Notes: generated from the sequence alone by a model not told the origin. Positions 49,243 to 61,756 are shown, counted from the first letter of the stretch. The stretch: DNA of 64,000 bases from Octopus sinensis (GCF_006345805.1 NC_043019.1:14507360-14571359), one strand, 5' to 3'. Made by a program: numbers and translations.

Positions 49243-49770
49243 GACGGTGAGCTGGCAGAATTGTTAGCACGCTGGACAAAATGCTTAGCTGAATTTTGCC
49301 CCTCACTACATTCTGAGTTCAAATTTCGCCAAGGTTAACTGTACCTTTCGGGGTCAATAAACTAAGTACCAGTTGAACACTGGGGTCAATGTAATCGACT
49401 CAGCCTCTCCCCTAAAATTGCTGCCCTTGTGGCAAAATTTGAAATCATTATTATTATTACTATTATTATAACTATTATTATTATTATTATAACTATTATT
49501 ATAACTATTATTATTATTATTACTATTATTATAACTATTATTATTATTAGGCGGCGAGCTGGCAGAATCGTTAGCACGCCAGGCGAAATGCGTAGCCGTA
49601 TTTCGTCTGCCGTTACGTTGTGAGTTCAAATTCCGCCAAGGTTGACTTTACCTTTCATCCTTTCAGGGTCGATAAATTAAGTACCAGTTATGCACTGGGG
49701 GTCGATATAATTGACTTAATACTAGTAAGCATTTTGCCCGGTGTGCCAACTTTTCTGCCAGTTCGCCACC
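49030..49770 (+). mobile_element. Cluster of family B SINEs separated by (ATT)n tracts
   Basis: Copies at about 49030-49195, 49243-49445 and 49548-49720. Confidence 0.75.
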
Positions 49771-50043
49771 TTATTTTATACTCTTAACCTGCAGTTTTTA
49801 TACTCTTAGCCAGAGTATAAGTTGATTACATCGACCCCATTGCTCAACCCTCGCCCGTTTCCAAACAAAGTAACATTTCCTCACAGCAAGAAATGTTTTT
49901 CATAGAGGAATGGTCTCACTTGTATAACAAAGACATCCATTTACGACCATGACATGCAGAAAGAACAAGAGTAGAAACACACACACACCTATGTAACTAT
50001 TAATCCAGACATGTTTGTCCCTCTCTGTATTCATTCTTCACTA

Positions 50044-50079
50044 CTTTCTGTAGACGAGCATGGGCTCGAAACGTCAAAG
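50044..50079 (+). ncRNA. Putative minimal hammerhead-like motif (A6U core variant) in a Penelope-like repeat
   Basis: cttt-CTGTAGA-c-gagc-atgg-gctc-GAAA-cg-TC-aaag; palindromic helix III ACGT; GUC cleavage triplet. Confidence 0.5.
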
Positions 50080-50914
50080 ACTTCTTTCACTTTTCCTGAG
50101 CATCAAACTAACACACCTTGATTATTGTTCCCTCACCTGTCACTGTCTTCTATTTTTTTTTTATTTTGAATCATCTACGTGATGGGACTTCTTTAAGTTT
50201 CCATCCACGAAATCCACTCACAAGGCCTTGGTCAGCTCATAGCCACAGAAGAAGACACTTGCCCAAAGAACCATACAATGGGAGTGAATCCAAGACCATG
50301 TAGTTGGGAAGCAAGCTTCTCACCTGTATAAGGCCTGCACCTCCACACATCCACGTGTGTACCTTCTATAAATAGAAACACAATGCAGCTGGTCTAATGA
50401 GCTAAACTAATAGGTAATTGATAGTAACATATCCAGACACAATCAGCTGTTTAAATTCTCTTTTTACACACAATATTTCACTGCCAAACACTCTTACAAC
50501 ACACAGAGACATGGCATTCTTATTTCTGAGAACACATATGGCATACATACACACACACACACACATATATATATATAGATTATTATTATTATTATTATTA
50601 TATCCAGACATGAAGAATTATAATGCTACTAATATTAATATTTATCTTAAAGTAGATATACATAGATATTTATGGAGGATGGAGGAGGGTAAAGAGAGAG
50701 AGAGAGTGTGTGTGTGTATCAACTTCAAGATAGACCAAGGTTCTTATTAGCAGATTCAAAGAACTTGTAGAATATTATATAAATAAATGAAAGGCTTCTC
50801 AAATTTCCAAAGCTGCAGCTCTACCTGACAGAAATATAATTACACCAAATTCTAACACTTTTATTCTCTGTTTACATTCAAATCCATTTGCAATATTATG
50901 TCAGCCTACCTTAG

Positions 50915-50916
<2 letters not shown>

Positions 50917-50986
<70 letters not shown>

Positions 50987-51060
50987 GGGATGGATGGATG
51001 GATGGATGGATGGATGGATGGATGGATGGATGGACAGACAGATAGACAGACAGACAGACA
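50917..51060. repeat. (GATA)n-(GATG)n-(GACA)n compound tetranucleotide microsatellite
   Basis: Directly visible. Confidence 0.95.
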
Positions 51061-51159
51061 GTCGGGGTCGATAAATTAAGCACCAGTGAAACAGTGGGGT
51101 TGATGTAGTTGACTTATCCCCTCCCCCAAAGTGGCTGCCCTTGTGGAAAAATTTGAAAC

Positions 51160-51470
51160 TGGCACATAAAAAGCACCATCCAAACCTGGCCGATACCAGC
51201 GCCGCCTTGACTGGCTTCTGTGCTGGTGGCACATAAAAAGCACCAACCGATCGTGGATGCTGCCAGCCTCCCCTGGCACCTGTGCCGGTGGCACATAAAA
51301 AGCACCCACTACACTCATGGAGTGGTTGGCGTTAGGAAGGGCATCCAGCTGTAGAAACACTGCCAGATCAGACTGGAGCCTGGTGCAGCCTCCTGGCTTC
51401 CTGGACCCTGGTCAAACCGTCCAACCCATGCTAGCACAGAAAACGGACATTAAACGATGATGATGATGAT
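51160..51470 (+). mobile_element. RTE 3'UTR fragment with (ATG)n tail
   Basis: ggcacataaaaagcacc units followed by ggttggcgttaggaagggcatcc...gatgatgatg. Confidence 0.75.
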
Positions 51471-52604
51471 TATTGATTAAGGTAGTGAGCTGGCAGAAAC
51501 GTTAGCACGCTGGGGAAAATGCTGAGCAGAATTTTGTCTGTCTTTACATTTTGAGTTCAAATTCCACCAAGGTCAACTCTGCCTTTCATCCTTTTGGAGT
51601 CGATAAATTAAGTACCAGTTGCATACAGGGGTCGATCTAATCAACTGGTTCCCTCCCGCAAAATTTCGAGTCTTGTGCCTATAGTAGAAAAGATTATTAT
51701 TATGGTTATTATTATTATTATCATCATCATCATCATCATCATCAAGGTGGCAAGCTTGGGAAAAAATGCTAAGTGACATTATTTCATCCAGCTTTTTAGT
51801 CTGAGCTCAAATTCTGCCAGGGTTCAACTTTGCCTTTCATCCTTCCAGGTTTGATAAAATAAATACCAGTTGACTTCTCCGCCATTCAAAGATTACTGGC
51901 CTTGTGCTAAAATTCGAAATCATTATTGATATAATGTTACATGTCTAGAATTCATACTACAGCTGTTGTTACACTATTAACAAAAATATGAATGTTTTTC
52001 TGGGTTTTTTTAAACAAAAGAAATGTGCCAAACTCGTTTTTATTACTGAAGGTCTCAGCTGCTCTAGATAATTTGGAGTTTATCTACATTGCTAACAGGT
52101 TGTCTGGTTTCACCTGCAAGGTATTTTCAACACTACCTCTATCAGGGATATTTATATATATATATATACGATGCTGACTTTAATGCTCGGATGTAAGTAA
52201 GAGTACAAACATTAATATAAGACAAATGTAAAGTGGTGAGCTGGCAGAAACGTTAGCAAGCCGGGCAAAATGCTTGGCAGTGTTTCAGCTGTCTTTATGT
52301 TCTGAGTTCAAATTCCGCCAAGGTCAACTTTGCCTTTCATCTTTTCGGGGTCAATAAATTAAGTACCAGTTGTGTACTGGGATCGATCTAATTGACTGGC
52401 CCCTGTCCTCCAAAAATTCCGGGCCTTGTGCCCAGAGTAGGAAAGAATCATTAGCATACTGGGTGAAATTCTGCCAGGGTTGACTTTGCCTTTCATCCTT
52501 TTGGGGTCAATAAAATAAGTTCCAGCTGACCACTGGGGTCAAATTTAATTGACTTATTCTCACCCCCAAGCCTATTGACCTTGTGCCAAAATTTGAAACA
52601 TGTC

Positions 52605-53268
52605 AAACTAAGTGAAATTGTACGGATGGACAGTGCCGGTGGCACGTAAAAGGTACCCCCGCTGCTGATGCATTAAAGGGACCTGCGCCAGTGACACATT
52701 CAGGGCACCCATGCTGGTGAAGCATTCAGGGCACCCATACCTATTTCTTTATTACCCACAAGGGGCTAAACACAGAGGGGACAAACAAGGACAGACATAG
52801 GTATTAAGTCGATTACATCGACCCCAGTGCGTAACTGGTACTTAATTTATTGACCCCGAAAGGATGAAAGGCAAATTCGACCTCGGTGGAATTTGAACTC
52901 TCAACGTAACGCAGACGAAATACCGCTAAGCATCTCGCCCGGCGTGCTAACGTTTCTGCCAGCTTGCCGCCTTTCGTGTTCAGGGCACCCATGCCGGTGG
53001 CATGTTGAGGGCCTCCATGCCGGTGACGCGTTCAGAGCACCTGTGCCGGTGATGCATTCAGGGCACCCGTGCTAGTGGCGCGTTCAGGCACCTGTGCCGG
53101 TGGCGCGTTCAGGGCTTCCGTGCCGATGACACGTTCAGAGCACCTGTGCCAATGACGCATTCAGGGCACCCATACCGGTGACGCATTCAGGGCACCCATG
53201 CCGGTGACGCATTCAGGGCACCCATACCGGTGTCACGTTCAGGGTGCCCGTGCCGGTGACGCGTTCAT
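52605..53268 (+). repeat. 26-bp minisatellite (attcagggcacccatgccggtgacgc) interrupted by a minus-strand family B SINE (52742-52973)
   Basis: About 11 units at 52978-53268 plus about 3 units before the SINE; begins with RTE-UTR-like aagtgaaattg...gtgccggtggcacgtaaaagg. Confidence 0.8.
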
Positions 53269-53779
53269 ATATATATATGAGAGAGAAAGAGAGTGTGTTT
53301 TTGCGTAAATTTGACTCATTTTATCAGTAAATGTTTGTTGCTTTATACCATTATATTTAGCAGCCCTAACATTAACACTTAAACACACAAACACACATTC
53401 TTTTGACATTTTTCTCCCTATCTCTCTATAAATAAGGCATGGAAACTTACAATAAATATTTGGCAAGCAATTATTTACTTGGCAAACAACAGACCAAGCC
53501 AGAAATTAGATCTCAAGCAATCAAAATGAAAACAATTTTGTAATATCAGAAGATTATTATTATTATTATTATTGTTGTTGTTGTTGTTGTTGTTATGGCT
53601 ACTGGGGCAGTGGTTTGTTGGCAGATCTTGATTGGCATCTGATTAATTCAGAGAAAAGCTTTTCTCTGATTCATTCAACATGAAATTATGATCTAAACAT
53701 CAGTAGTTTATAAGTTGTTTTCTGCCAGACCCCTGCAATGAACCAGTTTCTCATTCCTGACACGAATTATTCCTTGCAA

Positions 53780-53990
53780 AAGGGTGCTGAAAAGTTCCTA
53801 GCTTTCAGTAAAAGAAAACATAGTAGGATCAGTTAATTATGATTTTATTGGACACATTCCCCTCTCAGATTCACACACTTATTTCAGTAATCCTTCAGTT
53901 TTTCTAAGCCCTGTAAAAGAACTCAGGAGGCTGGTCCTCCAACCAGGCCTTTCGCAATACCCTTAAAACCAGGAATTTTTTAGCACCCTA
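53780..53990. mobile_element. Mariner-type MITE relic
   Basis: agggtgctgaaaagttcct / aggaattttttagcaccct inverted ends. Confidence 0.55.
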
Positions 53991-54327
53991 TCATATAATA
54001 TCTAATATCATCTTATTATAATAATAATAATTATTATTATTATTATTATTGAGAGAGCAGTGCATGCCATCAAAGTGAGACTGGTATACAAATTAGGGTT
54101 TGTACAATCTATGTTCCTAACACTAGCTGAATGATAACTAAGTTATTTTACTAAATTCTTTGTTATATTTAAAATAATTTAAAGAAACACAGAACATCTC
54201 AAAATAAATATGGTACCGAAAGGGTTAAGGCAGTGCTCCAGCATGGCCACAGTCAAATGATTGAAACAAGTAAAAGTAAAATAAAAATATGCATTACATT
54301 TAACAAAGTAGTCTGAAAGCTAAAGAG

Positions 54328-54545
54328 TTAATCCTTTAGCATTTAAACCGGCCATATCCGGTCAAAAGTATTCTGCCTGTTTTATGTTCAAACTGGCCAG
54401 ATCTGGTCTCTCACACCAACCCTACAATATCATTTTAAAAATTAACAGCTACCTCATCAAATTCTCATAGCTACAACATTAATGCCTGATTAGTGGATGA
54501 AAAAGCATTAATTTTGGTAGAATGATGCGAACACTAAAGGGTTAA
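54328..54545. mobile_element. Second TTAA-flanked MITE family (related copies at about 35931-36156 and 61759-61930)
   Basis: ttaa-tcctttagcatttaaacc...acactaaaggg-ttaa. Confidence 0.6.
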
Positions 54546-54589
54546 ATGATGATGGTGACAAGGAGGATAAATTCATTTACAACTTAACC

Positions 54590-55082
54590 TCTTAATTAGT
54601 TAGTTAGTTAATTTTTTGGCTCAAAAGCAAAAAGCAAGGCCATGTAGGGGGACATGGAGTTAAGTACAGGGTGGTGTTCATGCAAAGAGTTCAGGCCACT
54701 TGAGGTCAAGGGAGACTTTGAACAAAGCGGTCGTCAGCATCTTCACCATCTCGTCTGGCAGCTTATTCCACAGATCCGCAACCCGGACGGAGAAAGCTCC
54801 TCTCCCTCGATTGAGATGAAATCGTCGCAGGTAGAGCTTTTCGGAGTGACCCCGCAGCCGACGCTCTGGAGCAGGAGTGAAGAACAGCTCTTTCGAGAGG
54901 TTACACTTTCTGCTTATGATGTTGTGAGCGAGAATGAGATCACCACGGCGGCGGCGTTTTTCTAGAGAATAAAGGTCGAGCGTCTTCAGCTTTTCTTCAT
55001 AAGACAAATTCTTGAGACCATGAACCATGCGGGTAGCCAGCTTCTGGACTCTTTCGAGATGCTGTATGTCTTTGAGGAGATA
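54590..55082 (-). mobile_element. CR1-like LINE 3' fragment
   Basis: DIQHLERVQKLATRMVHGLKNLSYEEKLKTLDLYSLEKRRRRGDLI...LRGH...FSVRVADLWNKLP; (TAAC)n tail. Confidence 0.88.
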
Positions 55083-55255
55083 ACACATTATCCTGTATAT
55101 TTTGATTCAGAGATGTCTGGTAAATAAATATTTGAACGAAAATGTATGTTCACCGTAGTCTGGGGATATCTGCAACTTATTTCTAACCCAAAATACTTCG
55201 TTTGTGATGGTATTCCTGTTTTCTAATATCAACTATCAGCAACTAGAATTTCTAT

Positions 55256-55665
55256 ACTCTTTTGCTCTTTTACTCGTTTCAGTCATTTGACTGTGGCCAT
55301 GCTGGGGCACCGCCTTTAGTCAAGCAAATCGACCCCAGGACTTATTCATTGTAAGCCTAGTACTTATTCTATTGGTCTCTTTTGCTGAACCGCTAAGTTA
55401 CGGAGACGTAAACACACTACCATCGGTTGTCAAGCGATGTTGGGGGGACAAACACAGACACACAAACATATACACGCACATACATATATATATACACACA
55501 TGATGGGCTTCCTTCAGTTTCCGTCTACCAAATCCACTCACAAGGCTTTGGTCGGCCCGAGGCTATAGTGGAAGACACTTGCCCAAGGTCCCACGCAGTG
55601 GGACTGAACCCGGAACCATGTGGTTCGTAAGCAAGCTACTTACCACACAGCCATTCCTACGCCTA
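55256..55665 (-). mobile_element. SINE family A copy
   Basis: Full-length reverse-complement match. Confidence 0.88.
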
Positions 55666-56040
55666 TCAGTAAACTCATAATAAATCATAAACTGATCCAA
55701 AATAATTTGTGTAATTGTTCTTCCTTATTTACAGATTCAAAATGAATAATAAAAAAAAATATTTTTTGCATAGAAATTGAAAAACAAAAAAAATGTGTAT
55801 ATTAAGAGGTTAACATACACCAATTACAAATTTCACAGTAAAAGACCATTTCAAGTGGTTGGGGTGTGTCTCTTAACCTAGGACCTTTAGTTGTATGCTA
55901 AACAACTTGAGTTCACCTAGTTATGAGGAATAACCACCTTAGCTACTTGGAATGTATGTTACCAGTAAAAACATGGCGTACAGAGTAGTCTGACATCTCG
56001 GCCCGTCTAGATGATCAAAAGGGCATACAAGACATAACCA

Positions 56041-56452
56041 AGCGCAGGAGTGGCTGTGTGGTAAGTAGCTTGCTAACCAACCACATGGTTCCGGGTTCAG
56101 TCCCACTGCGTGGCACCTTGGGCAAGTGTCTTCTGCTATAGCCCCGGGCCGACCAATGCCTTGTGAGTGGATTTGGTAGACGGAAACTGAAAGAAGCCTG
56201 TCGTATATATGTATATATATATATATATGTGTGTGTGTATGTGTTTGTGTGTTTGTGTTTGTCCCCCTAGCATTGCTTGACAACTGATGCTGGTGTGTTT
56301 ACGTTCCCGTCACTTAGCGGTTCGGCAAAAGAGACCGATAGAATAAGTACTGGGCTTACAAAGAATAAGTCCCGGGGTCGATTTGCTCGACTAAAGGCGG
56401 TGCTCCAGCATGGCCGCAGTCAAATGACTGAAACAAGTAAAAGAGAAAAGAG
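56041..56452 (+). mobile_element. SINE family A copy
   Basis: Full-length match. Confidence 0.9.
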
Positions 56453-56547
56453 TGAGCAATTCAAGACAGAAATACATGGCAAAGACCCAGTTAAAGCGAA
56501 CTCCCCTCACACTGTCCCAGTCTTCAAGAAATGCATAAATGACACTA

Positions 56548-57175
56548 AGAGCACCATCCGAACGTGATCGTTGCCAGAGCGGCTAACTGGCTTCCATGCC
56601 GGTGGCATGTAGGAGGCACCATTCAAGCGGGATCGTTACCAGCATCGCCTTACTGGCACCTGTGCCAGTGGCACGTAAAAAGCACCCACTACACTCACGG
56701 AGTGGTTGGCGTTAGGAAGGGCATCCAGCTGTAGAAACACCGCCAGATCAAGACTGGAGCCTGGTGCAGCCTCCTGGCTTCCCAGAACCTGGTCGAACCG
56801 TCCAACCCATGCTAGAATGTAAAACGGACGTTAAACGATGATGATGATGATCACTGCTACACCGATAATCAAGAATGACATCTTTTATAACCTGATAGCA
56901 CAGGCCAGGTGATTACGTGCCACCTGGCCTCCGTGCTGGTGGCACGTAACAAACACCATCCGATCGTGGCTGTGCCAGCCTCGCCTGGCACCTCTGTCAG
57001 TGGCACATAAAAAGCACCCACTACACTCATGGAGTGGTTGGCGTTAGGAAGGGCATCCAGCTGTAGAAACACCGCCAGATCTGACTGGCCTGGTGCAGCC
57101 TTCGGGCTTCCCAGACTCCAGTTGAACCGTCCAACCCATGCTAGCATGGAAAGCGGATGATGATGATGATGATAG
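56548..57175 (+). mobile_element. Two tandem RTE 3'UTR fragments (56548-56850 and 56920-57175)
   Basis: Each ends ggttggcgttaggaagggcatcc...(gat)n. Confidence 0.75.
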
Positions 57176-58024
57176 ACTATTTGGGATTGACTAGCATACA
57201 TCCTACTTCGCCAGTTATTTTGGGCATCCCACTGACCATCCCAGATGGACGAGTTGCTTTCCTCTCTCTATCTCTTTAAACATTCAATCTATCACTTCTC
57301 TCTATTTAACACATTAGCTGCCTAGCCTGTTACTGGAATGTACTGGAGCGAACTGCATATTTCATGCATTCACACTGCATAACGTTTAATTACAAGTGAA
57401 TGTAATCTTTTTGTTTCGTTTTTGGATTTGGTTTGCAAGATTCTTTATATGAGTTCGTGTGTTGAAGCATATTCTGTTGTGTCTGGGAGAGTCATTTTCT
57501 TTTTGTGTCTTATAATTTAACACAAAAAGAACCGTTAAGTTACTGTGAGATTGAACCTAGATCACGCTCGAATGGTGTTTTTTACGTGCCACCAGCACAG
57601 AAGCCAGCTTGTTGCTCTGGCAATGATCACGTTCGTATGGAGCTCCAGTAACACAGATGCCAGTCATCGAATTTGATTTCGATATTCTATTTGTATTTGT
57701 GTAACATTGTCCATTTTTCCGTCCTTGTTTTTGTATACATTCGCTGCTTTCTTTCAAGGAATCTGATGCTCTTAGCTTAGATTTTCTTGGGGCTGGCCAG
57801 ACTGGAGCAATCTCAAGTAATAATCAGCCGAAATGCGAGATAATCTGGTGCTTGACTGAAAACCCCAAATGACCCATCCTTGTTTTCTTTGTATCGTCTA
57901 TCTGGATGTTTTGTTGTCCCTTTCTTGTATCACCTAGCTGTGTCCGGATGTTTAGCGTTCTTGTCCCATTTTGTATTTTATATTTATAAATATATATAAA
58001 TATATATATTATATATATATATAT

Positions 58025-58212
58025 ACCGGAGTAAACACATAAATGTGAAACAAGGTGGAAAAAAAGAGTACTCAAATACCAGGGGTAGAGTGATATGCTT
58101 TATTTAAAGTAGCAGAAAATTCAACAAAACCTGTTACTCTGTCCAACGAACGGGAATGTGAAACTCAGAGTAACAGGTTTTGTTGAATTTTCTGCTGCTT
58201 TAAATAAAGCAT
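58025..58212. mobile_element. Short Penelope-like fold-back element in (TA)n; arms 58095-58141 / 58166-58212
   Basis: 47-bp inverted repeat with one mismatch; the spacer ends ...gtGAAAcTCagag. Confidence 0.55.
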
Positions 58213-58601
58213 AAAGCATAAAGTATATATACATATATATATATATACACACATATATAAATTTATATATATATATAATAAGCATACACACATTCATACA
58301 TGTTTGTGTTTATGTCTGGATGTCTCCTACCATGCCAACATAGAAAATGGATGCTATATAATGATGATTTTATATATAATTTTCTTTTCTCTTCATTTAT
58401 TCTTTCTGTAGAAGAGTGTAGACTCAAGAACATTAAAGACTTCTTCCAATTTTCCCGAGCATCAAATACATCCTGTTTGTTGTTCTTTACTGCGGGGTTT
58501 TTTTTGGGGGTATTTTTGGACCATATGTAAGTGAGTGTGTATCTATATATATATATATGTGTGTGTGTGTGTATATATGTCTGTATGTGCGTGTGTGTGT
58601 A

Positions 58602-58649
<48 letters not shown>

Positions 58650-58650
<1 letters not shown>

Positions 58651-59280
58651 TTTTACAGTTTTTCAGCCATCAGACTGTGGCCACACTGGGGCACCACCCT
58701 GAAGAATTTTAGTCAGATGAATCAACTCCAGTACCTTTTTACATTTTTTTAAAGCCTAGTACTTATTCTACTGGTTTCTTTTGCTGAACCGCAAAGTTAC
58801 GGGAACATAAACAAACCAACACCGGTTATCAAGCAGTCGTGGTGGACACACACACACATTCTTTCAGTCTCTGTCTACCAAATCCACTCACAAGGCATGT
58901 GGCTATAGTAGAAAAACTTGCTCAAGGTGCCATGCAGTGGGACTGAACCCTGTACCATGTGGTTGGGAAGCAAGCTTCTTACCACACAGCCACTAATGAT
59001 GTTTTTATACTTAAAAACTATATATAAGAAGTCCGTCGTATATATATATATGCGTGTGTGTGTTTGTGTGTCTGTGTTTGTCCCCCTAGCATTGCTTGAC
59101 AACCGATGCTGGTGTGTTTACGTCCCCGTCACTTAGCAGTTCGGCAAAAGAGACCGATAGAATAAGTACTGGGCTTACAAAAGAATAAGTCCCGGGGTCG
59201 ATTTGCTCGACTTAAAGGCGGTGCTCCAGCATGGCCACAGTCAACTGACTGAAACAAGTAAAACAGTAAAACAGTAAACA
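58650..59280. mobile_element. Head-to-head family A SINE pieces (58650-58992 -, 59030-59280 +)
   Basis: Matches to the family consensus in opposite orientations. Confidence 0.75.
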
Positions 59281-59394
59281 CCCACATACATAAACAACAC
59301 AAGCTTAAAAACCCGATCTGGTCTGACAATGCTTATTACCGGCAAAGCTTCAAAGGCACTGAATAAAATTATCATATTATTATTATTATTATTA

Positions 59395-59612
59395 AGGTGG
59401 TGATCTGGTAGAATCGTTAGTACACTGGACGAAATGCTTAGCAGTATTTCGCCTGTCGCTGCGTTCTGAGTTCAAATTCCACCAAGGTCGACTTTGCCTT
59501 TCATCCTTTCGGGGTCGATAAATTAAGTATCGGTTACACACTGGGATTGATTAATTGATTAGTCCCTTCTACACAAAAAAATTGGAGGCCTTGTGCCTTT
59601 AGTAGAAAGAAT
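59395..59612 (+). mobile_element. SINE family B copy
   Basis: aaggtggtgatctggtagaatcgttag...aggtcgactttgcctttcatcctttcggggtcgataaattaag. Confidence 0.75.
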
Positions 59613-59900
59613 TATTGTTATCATTATTATTATCATTATTGTCATCATTATTGTTATCATTATTATTATCATTATTGTCATCATTATTGTTATCATTATC
59701 ATTGTTATTGTTATCATTATTGTTATCATTATTATTATCATTATTGTCATCATTATTGTTATCATTATCATTGTTATCATTATTGTTATCATTATTATTA
59801 TCATTATTGTCATCATTATTGTTATCATTATCATTATCATTGTTATTGTTATCATTATTGTTATCATTATTATTATTGTTATCAGTATTATTATTATAAT
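59610..59900. repeat. (ATT/ATC/GTT/GTC)n trinucleotide tract with higher-order repetition
   Basis: Directly visible. Confidence 0.9.
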
Positions 59901-59904
59901 TTTT

Positions 59905-60333
59905 GAGTGAGAAAGCAGTGCCTGCCATCAAAGTGACATTGGGGTAAAATATACAAAGCCCAGTATACCCATCGTGACTACCCGTCTAATAAGGGTACAC
60001 CAGGCACATGCATCACAACCATATGTGTGCAACATGATGATCTCATATCAAGATAAACAGTGCATGACCTTGCAGCTGGGACCCAGTTAGAATTTTCTTC
60101 TGGTCGAGTAGCCCATCTCACTCAAAAGGTCCCTGAATAAGATTTGTTTAAGGATGTTGAACGAAACACCCATGTTTCCAAAGGTGAATTATCCAAACTC
60201 TAAGAATTCCTTTCAACACATGGCTATGATGCTCCCCCACTAATTCTGCTCATGATCAGAGATGCACATATCGTCAGCCACTGAGGAACATACTCAACTG
60301 GTTACGGTCAAACAACTGACAAGCAAATCTGTG
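59905..60333 (-). mobile_element. Copy of the 48.2-kb retroposon family
   Basis: gagaaagcagtgcctgccatcaaagtgac...ctgacaagcaaatctgtgg. Confidence 0.7.
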
Positions 60334-60752
60334 GGTGGTATTATTATTATTATGATTATTATTATTATTATTAAGGCAGCAAGCTGGCAGAATCATTAGC
60401 ATGCCAGGCAAAATGCTTCATGGTATTTCACTAGTTGCTACGTTCTGAGTTCAAATTCCACCGAGGGTCGATAAAATAAGTACCAGTTATACACTGGAGT
60501 TGATGTATTCGACTAGCCCCTCCTCACCAAAAAACTTTCAGGCCTTGTGCCTTTAGCAGAAAAAATATTATTATTAAGGTGGTAAGCTGGCAGAATTGTT
60601 AGCATGCCGGGTATGCGAAGGTCAACTTTACCGTTCATCCTTTCGGGGTCAATATACTAAGTACCAGTTGAGTACTGGGGTTGATATAACTGACCTAACC
60701 TCCTTCTCTTGAACTTGCTGGCCTTGTGTGAAAAATTTGAAATTATTATTAT

Positions 60753-61125
60753 TGTGGTAAGAAGCTTGCTTCCCGACTACATGGTTCCGGGTTCAGTCCC
60801 ACTGCATGGCACCTTGGGCAAGTGTCTTCTACTATAGCCTTGCGCCAACAAAATCCTTGTGAGTGAATTTGGTAGACAGAAACTAAAAGAAGCCTGTCGT
60901 GTGTGTGTGTGTGTACATTTATGTGACTGTGTTTGTCCCCCCCACCACCAATGCTTGACAACCAATGTTGGTGTGTTTATGTCCCTGTAACTTAGCGGTT
61001 CATCAAGAGACTGATAAAATAAGTACTAGGCTTACAAAGAATAAGTTCTGGGGCTGATTTGTTCGACTAAAGGCGGTGCTCCAACATGGCCACAGTCGAA
61101 TGACTGAAACAAGTAAAAGAATAAA
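60753..61125 (+). mobile_element. SINE family A copy
   Basis: Head-to-tail match. Confidence 0.8.
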
Positions 61126-61535
61126 CGAATATGCAGATACACATACTTTTACACACACACACACACAAAAGCACTTAAGAGAGGGGGAGGAGAGGAGAAA
61201 GGAAGGCACGAGAATGGTAACAGCATCCGCCAAGTGAAGTGGATGTTGAAAATGTCATCATAATTTGACGGCGTGGCCCTCACAAACCACGTTGCAAGAA
61301 TCTCTGAGTAGGCCAAACAGTGGAAAACACGCAGCAGTCAGAGGGGAATTTCAAGAATTTCTCCTAACAGATTCCGGTTGTAAGTTAGTTTACATTGATA
61401 AATCCACATCAGCAGCACTTATGTTTCTCAGCTACCTACAGAGATAGCAACGGTTTTGCTGCTGCTGTATTTTGGGTTGGCTAAGAAGCACACCATAAAT
61501 ATACAACATATGGCTAATTATTTCATGTAGTTTAA

Positions 61536-61756
61536 CCCTTTCATTACCAACCCGGCTGAAACCAGTTCTGGCTCTTTAGTATAAATGTCTAGCTTTCATA
61601 AGTTTTGAATTCAAATCTTCCACCAAACCTTAGTCACAATTTATGTTCCTAACACTAGCTTAATGATAACGAAGTTATTTTACTAAATTCTTTGTTATAT
61701 TTAAAATAATTGAAAGAAACACAGAGCATCTCAAAATAAATACAGTAGTGAAAGGG
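61536..61756. mobile_element. piggyBac-type MITE, solo copy
   Basis: TTAA-CCCTTTCATTAC...GTAGTGAAAGGG-TTAA. Confidence 0.8.
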
